A stretch of 64,000 bases of DNA, from the NCBI GenBank assembly GCA_017503285.1, contig JAFVTH010000022.1, positions 4,749-68,748 of the forward strand. The letters are read 5' to 3'. The notes under the pieces were generated by a model. The model had not been told where the DNA came from and did not search any database. It saw only the letters and a program-made list of their open reading frames with translations. The position numbers and the translations under genes were made by a program. Every line of letters starts with the position of its first letter. Position 1 is the first letter of the stretch. Below, piece by piece: positions 45,853 through 55,912 of the stretch. The stretch is from Clostridia bacterium (lineage in GTDB: Bacteria > Bacillota > Clostridia > Oscillospirales > CAG-272).

Positions 45853-46302
45853 TCAAGGCTTGAAGGCTAAAACCTTGTTTCTATACTCCTTATTTTTGCT
45901 TATATCCTCGCCAAACCAGGTGGGAGCAATAAACGCCTCTGCATCCTCTATGGTTTCAAACTCGACCTCAACCACGATAAGCCCCTTTAATCTGCCCTCG
46001 TAAATATCAAGCTCTGCTTTGTGCTTTCCTATATCTATAATGTATCTTGTTTTTTCAACAAGATAGCTCCTTACCTGTGAAAAAAGATTTTCGCCCTCCA
46101 TTGGGTCAAGCTCTCTTTCCTCCTCGGTACGAATTATATCTCCCTCGCCCTTTATTGTAAGATAGTATTTTTCATCTCTTTTTCGTACACGTGTCTCAGG
46201 ATTTAAGGAAATATAGCCCTGCACAATATGGCTGACAGGTGCGTTTTTCAGGCTTGGTAATTCCTTTACCAAAAACTTTCTTTCAATCTCCAAAATAATC
46301 AC
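45853..46302 (-). CDS. CYTH-domain protein (triphosphatase / class IV adenylate cyclase fold)
   Basis: 149 aa beginning EIERKFLV, the CYTH signature. Confidence 0.8.
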   Translation of the reverse strand: MIILEIERKFLVKELPSLKNAPVSHIVQGYISLNPETRVRKRDEKYYLTIKGEGDIIRTEEERELDPMEGENLFSQVRSYLVEKTRYIIDIGKHKAELDIYEGRLKGLIVVEVEFETIEDAEAFIAPTWFGEDISKNKEYRNKVLAFKP

Positions 46303-46384
46303 CTCTTTATTATTTTAACACAAAGTATTGGAAAATCCAAGAATTAATGATAAAATAGAAATATATTGTTTTTGCGAGGTTTTT

Positions 46385-47365
46385 ATGGTTACACTAAATC
46401 AAATTTTTGCATCAAATATGATTATGCAGGCAAACAAGCCTGTCCGTCTTTTTGGTTTCGGCAAGGGTCAGGTAAAAATCACCTTCAACGATGTGACAAA
46501 GGAAGTATACTCCGACGGTGCTTGGCTTTTAGAATTTGAGCCTGTGGGATATGGCGGCCCTTACCAATTTTCAGTAGAGCTTGATGGCATTTTCTCTCTT
46601 ATTAAAAATGTATATTTCGGAGATGTTTATTTGCTTGGCGGTCAGTCTAATATGCAGTTTAAGCTATGGGAGTCAAATGAGCCGAAAAGCAAGTACAGGG
46701 AGAACAAAAATGCCTGCATTTATACCGTTGATAGGATGGAAGACGGAGAGTATTTTGCAGAAAGGGACGGATGGGTGCCGCTTACACTAGAAAATGTCCC
46801 CAATATCAGCGCTATTGGCTATTTTGTAGCCGATGAGCTGGCAAAGGCGGACAAAAAAGTCGGACTTATTGCTTGCTATCAGGGTGCTTCTGTTATTCAA
46901 AGCTGGCTGCCGAAAGAGGTTGCTTTGCAGCCCAAATTTAATATTGAAAATCGTTTTTGCGACCACGAATGGTATCCGATTTGGAACGACGACGGTGTGC
47001 TTTTTGAAAATATGATAGAAAAAATACTGCCATTTTCTATGGCAGGTGTCTTATGGTACCAAGGCGAAAGCAACGCAAGCAACAATGAGGCTGATCTTTA
47101 TCTTGAATTTTTAAGAGCACTTACCTGCTCTTGGAGAGAACGCTTTAGGGATAGCTCTCTTCCTTTCTATATTGTTCAGCTTGCGGACCATGACCCAAGG
47201 GCAGGCTATGCTTGGTCTAAAATCCAAGAAATGCAGGCGCTGGCGGAAGGTGAGCTAAAATTTGTTAAGACTATTGTGTGCAAAGATGTGTGCGAAAGGG
47301 ACGATATACACCCAAAAAGCAAGAAAATTTTATCAGAGCGTTTGGCTAAGGCGATTTTGGGCTAA
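46385..47365 (+). CDS. Sialate O-acetylesterase-like SGNH carbohydrate esterase
   Basis: 326 aa from ATG 46385; GGQSNM catalytic Ser block, WYQGESN block and a DDIHP block. Confidence 0.7.
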   Translation: MVTLNQIFASNMIMQANKPVRLFGFGKGQVKITFNDVTKEVYSDGAWLLEFEPVGYGGPYQFSVELDGIFSLIKNVYFGDVYLLGGQSNMQFKLWESNEPKSKYRENKNACIYTVDRMEDGEYFAERDGWVPLTLENVPNISAIGYFVADELAKADKKVGLIACYQGASVIQSWLPKEVALQPKFNIENRFCDHEWYPIWNDDGVLFENMIEKILPFSMAGVLWYQGESNASNNEADLYLEFLRALTCSWRERFRDSSLPFYIVQLADHDPRAGYAWSKIQEMQALAEGELKFVKTIVCKDVCERDDIHPKSKKILSERLAKAILG

Positions 47366-47393
47366 AATTTTCTAAAATATTAATATTTTACTA

Positions 47394-47422
47394 TTGCAAA
47401 AGCTACTGTATTTTGTTATAAT
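47394..47422 (+). promoter_or_regulatory. SigmaA-type promoter of the PEPCK gene
   Basis: TTGCAA-17 nt-TATAAT. Confidence 0.6.
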
Positions 47423-47482
47423 TAAAATGGTTAAAATTGGGTTTTAACTAAGGTTGTAATTCTAAGAAAGAGGTATAGATCT

Positions 47483-49288
47483 ATGATCAAATTTGAAAAC
47501 AAGGCATTGACTGACTCAAAGCTTATCCTTGACTGGATCGAGGAAATGGCTGAGCTTGTTAACCCAGACAAGATTGTTTGGATTGACGGTAGCGAGGAGC
47601 AAACAGAGGCTCTTCGTGCGGAGGCTTGCTCTACCGGCGAGCTTATTAAGCTTAATGAGGAAATTTTGCCTAACTGCTATCTCCACAGAACTGCTATTAA
47701 TGACGTTGCTCGTGTAGAGGGCAGAACCTTCATTTGTACAAGAACAAAGGAAGATGCTGGTAACATCAACAACTGGATGGACCCTAAGGAATGCTACGAA
47801 AAGCTTGGTAAGCTTTACAAGAACTCCTACAAGGGAAGAACAATGTATGTTATTCCTTACGCTATGGGACAGGTTGGCTCTGATTTTGCTAAGTATGGCA
47901 TTGAGCTTACCGACTCTATCTACGTTGTACTAAATATGCTTATTATGACAAGAGCCGGCGCACACGTTGCAAAGGCTATGGGTAATGGCGAGGGCTTTAT
48001 TAAGGGTCTGCATGCAAGAAAGGATATTGACGAGGAAAACCGTTATATCTGCCACTTCCCAGAGGATAACACAATTTGGTCTGTAAACTCCGGTTACGGC
48101 GGAAACGTTCTTCTTGGTAAGAAGTGCTTTGCTCTTCGTATCGCTTCCTACCTTGGTAGAAAAGAGGGCTGGATGGCTGAGCATATGCTTATTCTTGGCG
48201 TTGAGTATCCAAATGGCGAGACAAAGTACATCTCTGCTGCTTTCCCATCTGCTTGTGGTAAGACTAACCTTGCAATGCTTATTCCACCTAAGGCTTACAC
48301 AGAAAAGGGCTATAAGGTTTGGTGCGTAGGCGATGATATTGCTTGGCTCCGTGTTGGTAAGGACGGCAGACTTTGGGCTATCAACCCGGAAAACGGCTTC
48401 TTTGGTGTTGCTCCGGGTACAAACGACAAGTCCAATCCAAACGCTCTTGCTACTACAATGAGAGATACTATCTTTACAAACGTTGGTCACGTTCTTGATA
48501 ACAATACAGTTTGGTGGGAGGGTCTTAACGACAACGCTCCTGACAACTGCATTAACTGGAAGGGCGAAAAGTGGGATAAGGCTAAGTATGACAAGAAGGA
48601 TAAGGTTAACACCTCCGCTGCTCATCCTAACTCCAGATTTACTGCTCTTGCAAAGAACTGCCCTTGCATTTCTAAGGAATTTGATAATCCTGCCGGCGTT
48701 CCTATCTCTGCTATCGTATTTGGTGGCCGTCGCGCAAAGACTGCTCCGCTTGTATATCAATCATTTAACTGGCAGCACGGCTCATTTGTTGGTTCTATCA
48801 TGGCATCTGAGACAACTGCAGCTGCTGCAGGCGCAGTTGGTGTTGTTCGCCGTGACCCAATGGCTATGGGACCATTCGTTGGCTACAACATGGGTGACTA
48901 CTTCCAGCATTGGCTTGATATGGGACACAAGATTCCAAACGCACCAAAGATCTTCCACGTTAACTGGTTCAGAACAGACGACGAGGGTCACTTCATTTGG
49001 CCGGGCTTTGGTGACAACATGAGAGTTCTTGACTGGATCCTACAAAGATGCGAGGATAAGGTTGAGGCAAGAGAAACAGCTATCGGTTATGTTCCTTATG
49101 CTAAGGATATCAACATTGACGGTCTTGATATTGGCGTTGATACAATTGAGGATCTTCTTTCCGTTGACAAGGCTTCTTGGCTTGAGGACGTTGAAAACAT
49201 TAAAGCATTCTACGCACAGGTTGGCGATAGAGTTCCTGCTATTATGTACGACGAGCTTAAGGCTCTTGAGGAAAGACTCAGCAAGTAA
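47483..49288 (+). CDS. pckG: Phosphoenolpyruvate carboxykinase (GTP)
   Basis: 601 aa; FPSACGKTN kinase-1a motif, collinear with GTP-type PEPCK. Confidence 0.95.
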   Translation: MIKFENKALTDSKLILDWIEEMAELVNPDKIVWIDGSEEQTEALRAEACSTGELIKLNEEILPNCYLHRTAINDVARVEGRTFICTRTKEDAGNINNWMDPKECYEKLGKLYKNSYKGRTMYVIPYAMGQVGSDFAKYGIELTDSIYVVLNMLIMTRAGAHVAKAMGNGEGFIKGLHARKDIDEENRYICHFPEDNTIWSVNSGYGGNVLLGKKCFALRIASYLGRKEGWMAEHMLILGVEYPNGETKYISAAFPSACGKTNLAMLIPPKAYTEKGYKVWCVGDDIAWLRVGKDGRLWAINPENGFFGVAPGTNDKSNPNALATTMRDTIFTNVGHVLDNNTVWWEGLNDNAPDNCINWKGEKWDKAKYDKKDKVNTSAAHPNSRFTALAKNCPCISKEFDNPAGVPISAIVFGGRRAKTAPLVYQSFNWQHGSFVGSIMASETTAAAAGAVGVVRRDPMAMGPFVGYNMGDYFQHWLDMGHKIPNAPKIFHVNWFRTDDEGHFIWPGFGDNMRVLDWILQRCEDKVEARETAIGYVPYAKDINIDGLDIGVDTIEDLLSVDKASWLEDVENIKAFYAQVGDRVPAIMYDELKALEERLSK

Positions 49289-49301
49289 TTATAAAATTAA
49301 A

Positions 49302-49326
49302 AGCTCCGACAAAATCGGAGCTTTTT
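49302..49326 (+). terminator. Terminator after the PEPCK gene
   Basis: AGCTCCGA-caaaa-TCGGAGCT plus a T-run. Confidence 0.8.
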
Positions 49327-49563
49327 CTTTAGTTTATATATTCATTATATGTTCACTTGTGCATATATTAATATATAATTAACGGATAATACTTCTCTTT
49401 ACTTTTTGCCCTTGGTGGGGGAAGAATGTAGATTTTTAATGATTTTTGGCGCTTTTTGAAAATAGCTCTGCTTATATTATAATAATATATAGCGTTAGTA
49501 TTGATTTTTTGTCCTTGTGGTGGTAAAATACTATTGTATTTTCTAAGGAAGGAGAAAAAGGGC

Positions 49564-50355
49564 TTGGACATTGGAAATTTACTGCTATCCTTTTTGATGC
49601 AGCTTCTTTTTACAATTGGTATACTTTGGCTTTTTGGCTTTTTGATTTCCCTTTGCAGTAAGGCCTTTTACTCTAACTTTGGAGATTGGGGCTTTATCGC
49701 CTGCTTTGTAACCGGTGCGGTTGGCACTCCGGTGCATGAGCTTTCCCACGCTTTATTCTGTCTTATCTTTGGGCACAGAATAGAGGAAATCAAGCTTTTT
49801 CAGTTTGATGAAGAAAGTGGCTCACTTGGTTACGTGCTACACAGCTATAACAGAAAAAACCCTTACCACCTTATTGGTTGCTTCTTTATAGGTATTGCGC
49901 CTATACTAATTATAACCGCACTTCTTTATTTAATTGCTTGGCCTCTTGTGCCTGATATGTTTTTTGGCATTATCTCACAGGTTAGCTCAATTGACGTGCA
50001 TTCGGGATTTTATGGCGTGTTTGCGTCATTTTGGGAGATAATCAAGCTAATTTTCTCCTTTGCAGGTAACTATCGCTGGTGGATACTTATGTTTATCGGT
50101 GTTTTCCTTTGCTTGCATATGAACCTTTCCCTTGAGGATATAAAATCTGCCCTTTCCGGTGCCGGTATTTTGGTTGGGCTTTTGTTTATTGCTGACCTTG
50201 TGCTTGCCATAATCGGAAAGGACACCCTTGCTGTATTTACAAACGCAGTTTTATCAGTAGGCACCTATCTTGCTGCCTTTTTAATTCTTGCCTTAATAAT
50301 CGCCCTTGTTGCAGTTATATTTTCCTTAATTATAAGGCTTGTTTTCAGAAAATAA
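49564..50355 (+). CDS. Polytopic membrane protein with an HExxH motif (putative membrane zinc metalloprotease, DUF3267-like)
   Basis: VHELSHALFC in a loop after TM2, and about 6 TM helices. A TTG start at 49564 sits 9 nt after AAGGAAGGAG; the track start at 49501 lies inside the predicted promoter (TTGATT-17-TAAAAT at 49501..49529). Confidence 0.45.
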   Translation: MDIGNLLLSFLMQLLFTIGILWLFGFLISLCSKAFYSNFGDWGFIACFVTGAVGTPVHELSHALFCLIFGHRIEEIKLFQFDEESGSLGYVLHSYNRKNPYHLIGCFFIGIAPILIITALLYLIAWPLVPDMFFGIISQVSSIDVHSGFYGVFASFWEIIKLIFSFAGNYRWWILMFIGVFLCLHMNLSLEDIKSALSGAGILVGLLFIADLVLAIIGKDTLAVFTNAVLSVGTYLAAFLILALIIALVAVIFSLIIRLVFRK

Positions 50356-50381
50356 AAAAGCACCCGTTTGGGTGCTTTTTG

Positions 50382-51878
50382 TTATTCAAGAGTATACGTT
50401 TTTACAACCTTATATTTATCACATTCTGTGCAATAGACCTTGGTATATCCCATCTTATCAAGAGTTGTTTCGCAAACCTCTTCAATCTCTCCGGCAAAAT
50501 TGCAACCTGCAGAGGTGTATAGGGTTTTATATGTATGCTCACATCTTGTGCATATTTTTTCTGTATAGCCACATGTGTCATGTGTTGGTTCAACAACCTC
50601 GTTAATGACATAGGTATGTGTGCCACAACCGTTTCTGAACTGTTTATTACCACCGATATAAACCTTAACATCTGCATCCTTTACGGGAACATCAAGAACT
50701 GTAACGTATGGCGCACCACCGCGCTCAAAATCCTTAGTGATGACAAGCGCCTGATACTGACCGTTTACAGTTGCATAAGCAGAGTCAACGAAGTTTGGCA
50801 AATAAACCCTTATTGACATTGGAATGTTGTAGATTGTTTCATCAAGGGGGCTATCTATTGTAAATGACATAGACTCCCTGTCGCAGGCTGTATATTTAAC
50901 CTTAGCATTTTGATATTGCATCAGATAAATCGAAACATCCTCGAAGGAGCCAAACCACATATCGTCTCTGTGGTTGCTGTATAGATAATACACGTGGTTT
51001 CTGAAGGTTGCCTCATCAATGTCAACTCCATTTGCAGTAGGTTTAACACCGTGAAAAAGCTCAACCATCCAGTTGCCATTTGTTATAGCCTCGTTAATTT
51101 TACTTTTTATAGTTTCATTTGACGTGCGTACATTATAGGAAACAGCCGTGATATGATAGTTGCTAAATTTATCGCTTGCAATATCATTGGTGCCGTTGCC
51201 CTCTAAGCGATTAGTTATTACAAGGTCATCGAGATATTCCTTATAGTTATCATCAATGCGAGCAAGTGGAGTCGCATATGTAAGAACCCTTTGAGATGGG
51301 AACTTTTCTCTGAGCCACTCGATGGCATCCTTGATTTCATGCTCATATTCGTTTGATGGAAGTCCAACAGGCTCCGTGTGGCTCCAGCTGTGACAGCCGG
51401 CGTCCATATAGCCTCTTGCAAAAACACTATTCCATTTATTTATGGCGTTTTCATTATTGATGCAAGAAACCCAAAGCATAGCCGTACCACGGAAAATACC
51501 GTACTTTTCAAATTCCTCTGTTACTATGTCGCCGGTTGTAAGCTCATAACCGTCATCAAAGGTCATGGAAAGGGCTGCCTTGTATCCGTGATAATATTTA
51601 GTTAGCTCCGGAGCAAAGAAATTATAGTTGTTTGTGTAGTAAATTCTTTCACCATCGGGTGATGTTTTTGCCTCATATTTTATCATATCAGGAAAATATG
51701 TAGGGGTGACAACCGGTGGTGTTTGAGTTGTGCCTGTGCCACCCGTACCAGTTGTAGGAGTTGAGCCAGTTGTTGCACCTGTTCCGCCTGTGCCGTTATC
51801 TGCCGGTGGTAGCGCACAGGAAGCTAAGGAAAACAGCATAATGAGCACCAGCAAAATTGAAATAATCTTGTTTTTCAT
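50382..51878 (-). CDS. Lipoprotein: polysaccharide deacetylase (NodB/CE4) domain plus C-terminal Cys-rich CxxC modules
   Basis: Signal peptide and lipobox LASC, then a Gly/Thr-rich linker. NodB motifs MTFDDGY and HSWSH. The C-terminus reads HTYVINEVVEPTHDTCGYTEKICTRCEH...CETTLDKMGYTKVYCTECD. Confidence 0.75.
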   Translation of the reverse strand: MKNKIISILLVLIMLFSLASCALPPADNGTGGTGATTGSTPTTGTGGTGTTQTPPVVTPTYFPDMIKYEAKTSPDGERIYYTNNYNFFAPELTKYYHGYKAALSMTFDDGYELTTGDIVTEEFEKYGIFRGTAMLWVSCINNENAINKWNSVFARGYMDAGCHSWSHTEPVGLPSNEYEHEIKDAIEWLREKFPSQRVLTYATPLARIDDNYKEYLDDLVITNRLEGNGTNDIASDKFSNYHITAVSYNVRTSNETIKSKINEAITNGNWMVELFHGVKPTANGVDIDEATFRNHVYYLYSNHRDDMWFGSFEDVSIYLMQYQNAKVKYTACDRESMSFTIDSPLDETIYNIPMSIRVYLPNFVDSAYATVNGQYQALVITKDFERGGAPYVTVLDVPVKDADVKVYIGGNKQFRNGCGTHTYVINEVVEPTHDTCGYTEKICTRCEHTYKTLYTSAGCNFAGEIEEVCETTLDKMGYTKVYCTECDKYKVVKTYTLE

Positions 51879-51888
51879 TTTGTCTCCT

Positions 51889-52800
51889 TTAATCGGCTAT
51901 ACCGTTATTTTTCAGCCACAAAAGCTGTTCCATTGTCTTTTCGGAAATATGTCCTTCTTGGTAGGGTGCAACGTTATACGCAAACACTCCCCCGCCTTTT
52001 TTTACCTTTTTTACATATTCAAGCACCTTTTCATTTGAGTGAACAGGCACAGGGTCCCCCTCTGTTTCGTGAACCCAATATTTGTCCATCCAGCACAGGG
52101 CAAACCATTGTAGCCCACCCTCGCCGGAAAATCTGCCGTTTGGATAAAATGTAAGGTCGTTTTCCTCGCCAGCCTGGTAGTCAGCAATACCACTTCCCCA
52201 TGTGCTACCCCAAGGCTCAACACCTCTGAAGTTAAAGGCAACTATTGAGTTAGGGTTTCCTGCGCGCATAGCATCTGCATACCTTTTGTAGTCGTATCTT
52301 GTGCCTCTGCCACCGCAAATGCCCGGCTCATAGCAGCAATCAACCCACCAGCCGGAAATTTTATCTCCATATTTTTTGGAAATTGCCTCGGCAATTTTGT
52401 AGCAATACTCTGCGTGGACCTTGGGATCCTCATTGAATTTGGTCACATTTTGCCAAGATGCGCCAGCGGAGTCCTCACCGTTAAAATACACCATAAGCTT
52501 AATGCCGTGCGGGCTTAGCCTTTCATATATTTCAAGAAGCAAATCACGCTTTGAGGTGTATCCCTCTACTATATCATCAAGCTCCTTTAGCGGAAACGGA
52601 ACCTTCATTTCGGAATGGGTTATCGTAAAGCACAAAAAGCGCGCCCCTGTGTCGATAATTTGCTGCGTAAAGGTATCAACATCGAAATCAAGAACTGCCC
52701 TTTCGTGGGTTTTTTTCTCCCCGTTTTTAGGAAGAGTTTTTGTGGTCCAATGGCAAAAAATGCCATAGCCTGCCTCATAAAACCATTTTGTCCTATCCAT
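51889..52800 (-). CDS. Alpha-L-fucosidase (GH29)-like protein, short form
   Basis: 303 aa. WFYEAGYGIFCHWT resembles the GH29 N-terminal WF..FGIFIHWG block. No signal peptide. Weak call. Confidence 0.4.
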   Translation of the reverse strand: MDRTKWFYEAGYGIFCHWTTKTLPKNGEKKTHERAVLDFDVDTFTQQIIDTGARFLCFTITHSEMKVPFPLKELDDIVEGYTSKRDLLLEIYERLSPHGIKLMVYFNGEDSAGASWQNVTKFNEDPKVHAEYCYKIAEAISKKYGDKISGWWVDCCYEPGICGGRGTRYDYKRYADAMRAGNPNSIVAFNFRGVEPWGSTWGSGIADYQAGEENDLTFYPNGRFSGEGGLQWFALCWMDKYWVHETEGDPVPVHSNEKVLEYVKKVKKGGGVFAYNVAPYQEGHISEKTMEQLLWLKNNGIAD

Positions 52801-52977
52801 TTTTCCCTCGTTTAGGTAAAGTTTATTCTATAATATATAATAACATATAATATTTTGAATATCAAGAAATATAATCCTTTTATGTGTTTTTTTGATGAAT
52901 TTTTTAGACTTTTTATTGACTTGGGTAATATTTGTTATATAATTATATTATCTTTTTATTTTGAAAGGGGTATTCAC

Positions 52978-55821
52978 ATGCTACAGCTTAAGAATATAAC
53001 TAAGCAGTATGTAACAGGCGACACTACGGTGCATGCCCTACGTGGGGTTTCTCTGGAGTTTCGTAAAAGCGAATTCGTGTCCATCCTGGGTCAGAGTGGA
53101 TGCGGTAAGACAACCCTGCTTAACATCATTGGTGGTCTTGACCAATATACAAGTGGTGACCTTATCATAAGGGGTAAATCCACAAAGGAATTTAAGGATA
53201 GAGATTGGGATACATACAGAAATCACTCTGTTGGATTTATTTTCCAAAGCTACAACCTTATTCCTCATCAAACTGTTTTGCAAAACGTTGAGCTTGCGCT
53301 CACTATTTCCGGTGTTTCCTCCAAGGAAAGGAAAAAGCGCGCTATTGAGGCGCTTGAAACTGTTGGTCTTGGGGATCAAATCAACAAAAAGCCTAACCAA
53401 ATGTCCGGTGGACAAATGCAGAGAGTTGCTATTGCCCGCGCACTTGTTAACGACCCTGATATTCTTTTGGCTGACGAGCCAACAGGCGCACTTGACTCTG
53501 AAACAAGCGTACAGGTTATGGATTTGCTCCAGGAGATTGCAAGAGATAAGCTTGTTGTTATGGTAACACACAACCCTGACCTTGCAAAGGAATATTCTAC
53601 AAGAATTATTAATTTGCTTGATGGTAATGTTATAAGTGACTCGAACCCATACTGCTCTGAGACTGAGGGCAGAAAGCAGACCTATGTTGACCCTGTTATA
53701 GTAAAGGACGGCAAGGAAATAAGAAGCCCTAAAAAGGCCTCTAAGACTAAGAAAAAGAAGGCGTCCATGTCCTTCCTTACTGCGCTTTTGCTTTCTCTTA
53801 ATAACCTGCTTACAAAGAAGGGACGCACATTTTTAACATCCTTTGCAGGCTCTATCGGCATTATAGGCATTGCCCTTATTCTTTCTGTTTCTACCGGTGT
53901 AAACGCTTATATAAACAGCGTTGAGGAAAGCACAATGTCATCCTACCCTGTGCAGATAAACGAAAGCTCTATGGATACAATGACTCTTCTCGGCTCATTT
54001 ATGGGTGGCGAAGAAAGAGATGAGGTAGACAAGGACACTATTTACTCCAGCGATATTATGATTAAGGTCATGAACGCCTTTTCGGCAGGACTAACAAAGA
54101 ATAACCTTGAAAAGCTTAAGAGCTATATTGAGGGACTTGAAAAGGACGAAAATGGCAACATTATCGACACGGATACGACTATTGAGCTAAACTCCACGGA
54201 TATTAAGTACACATATGATGCCAAGCTAAATGCCTTTACCATTATCAAAAACGAGACCGGAGAGGTTGTTGGTAGCTTTGAAAATCTTGAGGGTCTTGGG
54301 GACCTTATGAACGAGCTTGACCTTGGAGAAATGTTCGGCGGCTCTGCCTCCTCTATGGATATGATTGGCGGAAACGCTTGGAGCGAGCTTGTTGGTGACC
54401 TTGACTATATCAAGGGACAATATGAGCTTATTGCAGGCGACTTCCCAAGTCAAGAGGGTCAAGCAAACGAGGTTGTGCTTATTGTAGATAAGAACAACCA
54501 GGTTTCCGACTTTGTCCTTTATATTCTTGGCATAAGAAACATTCAAGAGCTACACTCTTGGGTGGCTGACCAGAAAAACCCTGATATCCCAGCTGATGAA
54601 AAATACAAAATTCCAGAGGCTTCTTACTCTACGGAAACACTTTTAGGCTACGAGTTTATGGTGCTTCCGGAAAGTGAAAAATATATGCTTGACGAAAATG
54701 ACCACATTGTACCAAGAGAGGATCTTACCGACTTTGTTGTTTCCGAGGACTCAACTGCTATGAAGGTAAAGATTGTCGGTATCGTTAAGCCAAATGACGA
54801 TTCTGCTGTTATCGGCTCTATCGGCTACACCTCTGCTCTTATGAACAAGGTTTTGGATCTTTCAAATAACAGCGAGGTTATAAAGGCTCAAGAGGAAAAC
54901 AAGACAAACAGCCTTATTTCCGGCTTGCCATTTGAAAAGGCAGAGCCAGATATGACTTATATTGACGCTATGCTTTCTGCTAACCCACAGGTTGCACCTT
55001 ATGTTAGCCAAATGACAACTGCGCAAAAGATTAACATTATAAAGGCTTCCCTTGGAGATGCCTTTGGCGCTATCCTTGATAATGCTCCATATGGTGGCTT
55101 TTCCGAGGCGCAGCTACCTATGCTAAAGATGTTTACAAGCGCAATTTTCCCTTATGAAAGCGATGAAAACCTACTTAAGATAATGAACTATATGCTTGAT
55201 AGCCAAACATATAGCGAGGTTATGACCGACCTTGGCTACATTGACCTTAATAAGCCTAAGGCTATCCTTATTTATCCTAAGGATTTTGATGCTAAAGAGG
55301 TTGTAAACAACGAGATTACAAAATACAACGATGCGCAGACGGACAAGGCTGACAAAATCACCTATTCTGACACAGTTGCTGCTCTTATGTCCTCTGTGAC
55401 AACAATAGTTGACGCTATTACCTATGTGCTTGTTGCATTTGTATCAATTTCCCTTATTGTTTCATCAATTATGATTGGTATTATAACCTATATTTCAGTT
55501 CTTGAAAGGACAAAGGAAATTGGTATTCTCCGTGCTATCGGTGCATCAAAGCGAGATATTTCCCGTGTATTCAATGCAGAAACACTTATTGTGGGCTTTG
55601 TTGCCGGTATGATTGGTATTGGCGCAACGCTACTGCTTAACGTTCTTATTAATATTATTCTATACTCACTAACAGGAATTGCTGCTCTAAAGGCTGCCCT
55701 TGACCCTGTATCTGCTGTTGTGCTTGTGCTTATCAGCATGGGACTTACACTTATTGCAGGTCTTGTTCCATCAAGCATGGCATCTAAAAAGGACCCTGTT
55801 ATCGCACTTAGAAGCGAGTAA
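52978..55821 (+). CDS. Fused ABC transporter ATPase + FtsX/MacB-type permease with a very large extracytoplasmic domain
   Basis: 947 aa from ATG 52978. GQSGCGKTT Walker A, MSGGQMQR signature and ILLADEPTGALD Walker B. One TM, a roughly 500-aa external domain, then a C-terminal FtsX four-helix bundle. Confidence 0.85.
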   Translation: MLQLKNITKQYVTGDTTVHALRGVSLEFRKSEFVSILGQSGCGKTTLLNIIGGLDQYTSGDLIIRGKSTKEFKDRDWDTYRNHSVGFIFQSYNLIPHQTVLQNVELALTISGVSSKERKKRAIEALETVGLGDQINKKPNQMSGGQMQRVAIARALVNDPDILLADEPTGALDSETSVQVMDLLQEIARDKLVVMVTHNPDLAKEYSTRIINLLDGNVISDSNPYCSETEGRKQTYVDPVIVKDGKEIRSPKKASKTKKKKASMSFLTALLLSLNNLLTKKGRTFLTSFAGSIGIIGIALILSVSTGVNAYINSVEESTMSSYPVQINESSMDTMTLLGSFMGGEERDEVDKDTIYSSDIMIKVMNAFSAGLTKNNLEKLKSYIEGLEKDENGNIIDTDTTIELNSTDIKYTYDAKLNAFTIIKNETGEVVGSFENLEGLGDLMNELDLGEMFGGSASSMDMIGGNAWSELVGDLDYIKGQYELIAGDFPSQEGQANEVVLIVDKNNQVSDFVLYILGIRNIQELHSWVADQKNPDIPADEKYKIPEASYSTETLLGYEFMVLPESEKYMLDENDHIVPREDLTDFVVSEDSTAMKVKIVGIVKPNDDSAVIGSIGYTSALMNKVLDLSNNSEVIKAQEENKTNSLISGLPFEKAEPDMTYIDAMLSANPQVAPYVSQMTTAQKINIIKASLGDAFGAILDNAPYGGFSEAQLPMLKMFTSAIFPYESDENLLKIMNYMLDSQTYSEVMTDLGYIDLNKPKAILIYPKDFDAKEVVNNEITKYNDAQTDKADKITYSDTVAALMSSVTTIVDAITYVLVAFVSISLIVSSIMIGIITYISVLERTKEIGILRAIGASKRDISRVFNAETLIVGFVAGMIGIGATLLLNVLINIILYSLTGIAALKAALDPVSAVVLVLISMGLTLIAGLVPSSMASKKDPVIALRSE

Positions 55822-55830
55822 TTATAAAAA

Positions 55831-55857
55831 GGCTACCCATTTGGGATAGCCTTTTTT
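55831..55857 (+). terminator. Terminator after the ABC gene
   Basis: GGCTACCCA-tt-TGGGATAGCC plus T6. Confidence 0.8.
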
Positions 55858-55870
55858 CTTTGTGTGAAAT

Positions 55871-55904
55871 AAAAAAGCAACCGAAAAAAATCGGTTGCTT
55901 TTTT
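55871..55904. terminator. Second, bidirectional terminator (serves the minus-strand lipoprotein gene)
   Basis: GCAACCGA-aaaaaa-TCGGTTGC flanked by A6 and T6. Confidence 0.8.
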
Positions 55905-55912
55905 GTTATAAA

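Noticed and set aside
47930-48760. 276-aa minus-strand ORF inside pckG. Similar long antisense ORFs occur at 23872..24360 in metG, 26050..26490 in tatD, 53038..53571 in the ABC gene, 63497..63999 in lysC, and in many frames inside 55913..58726.
   Set aside because: They lie antisense to strongly conserved genes, have no RBS and low-complexity or Cys/Leu/Ser-rich composition. They are typical of shadow ORFs in this codon-usage regime.
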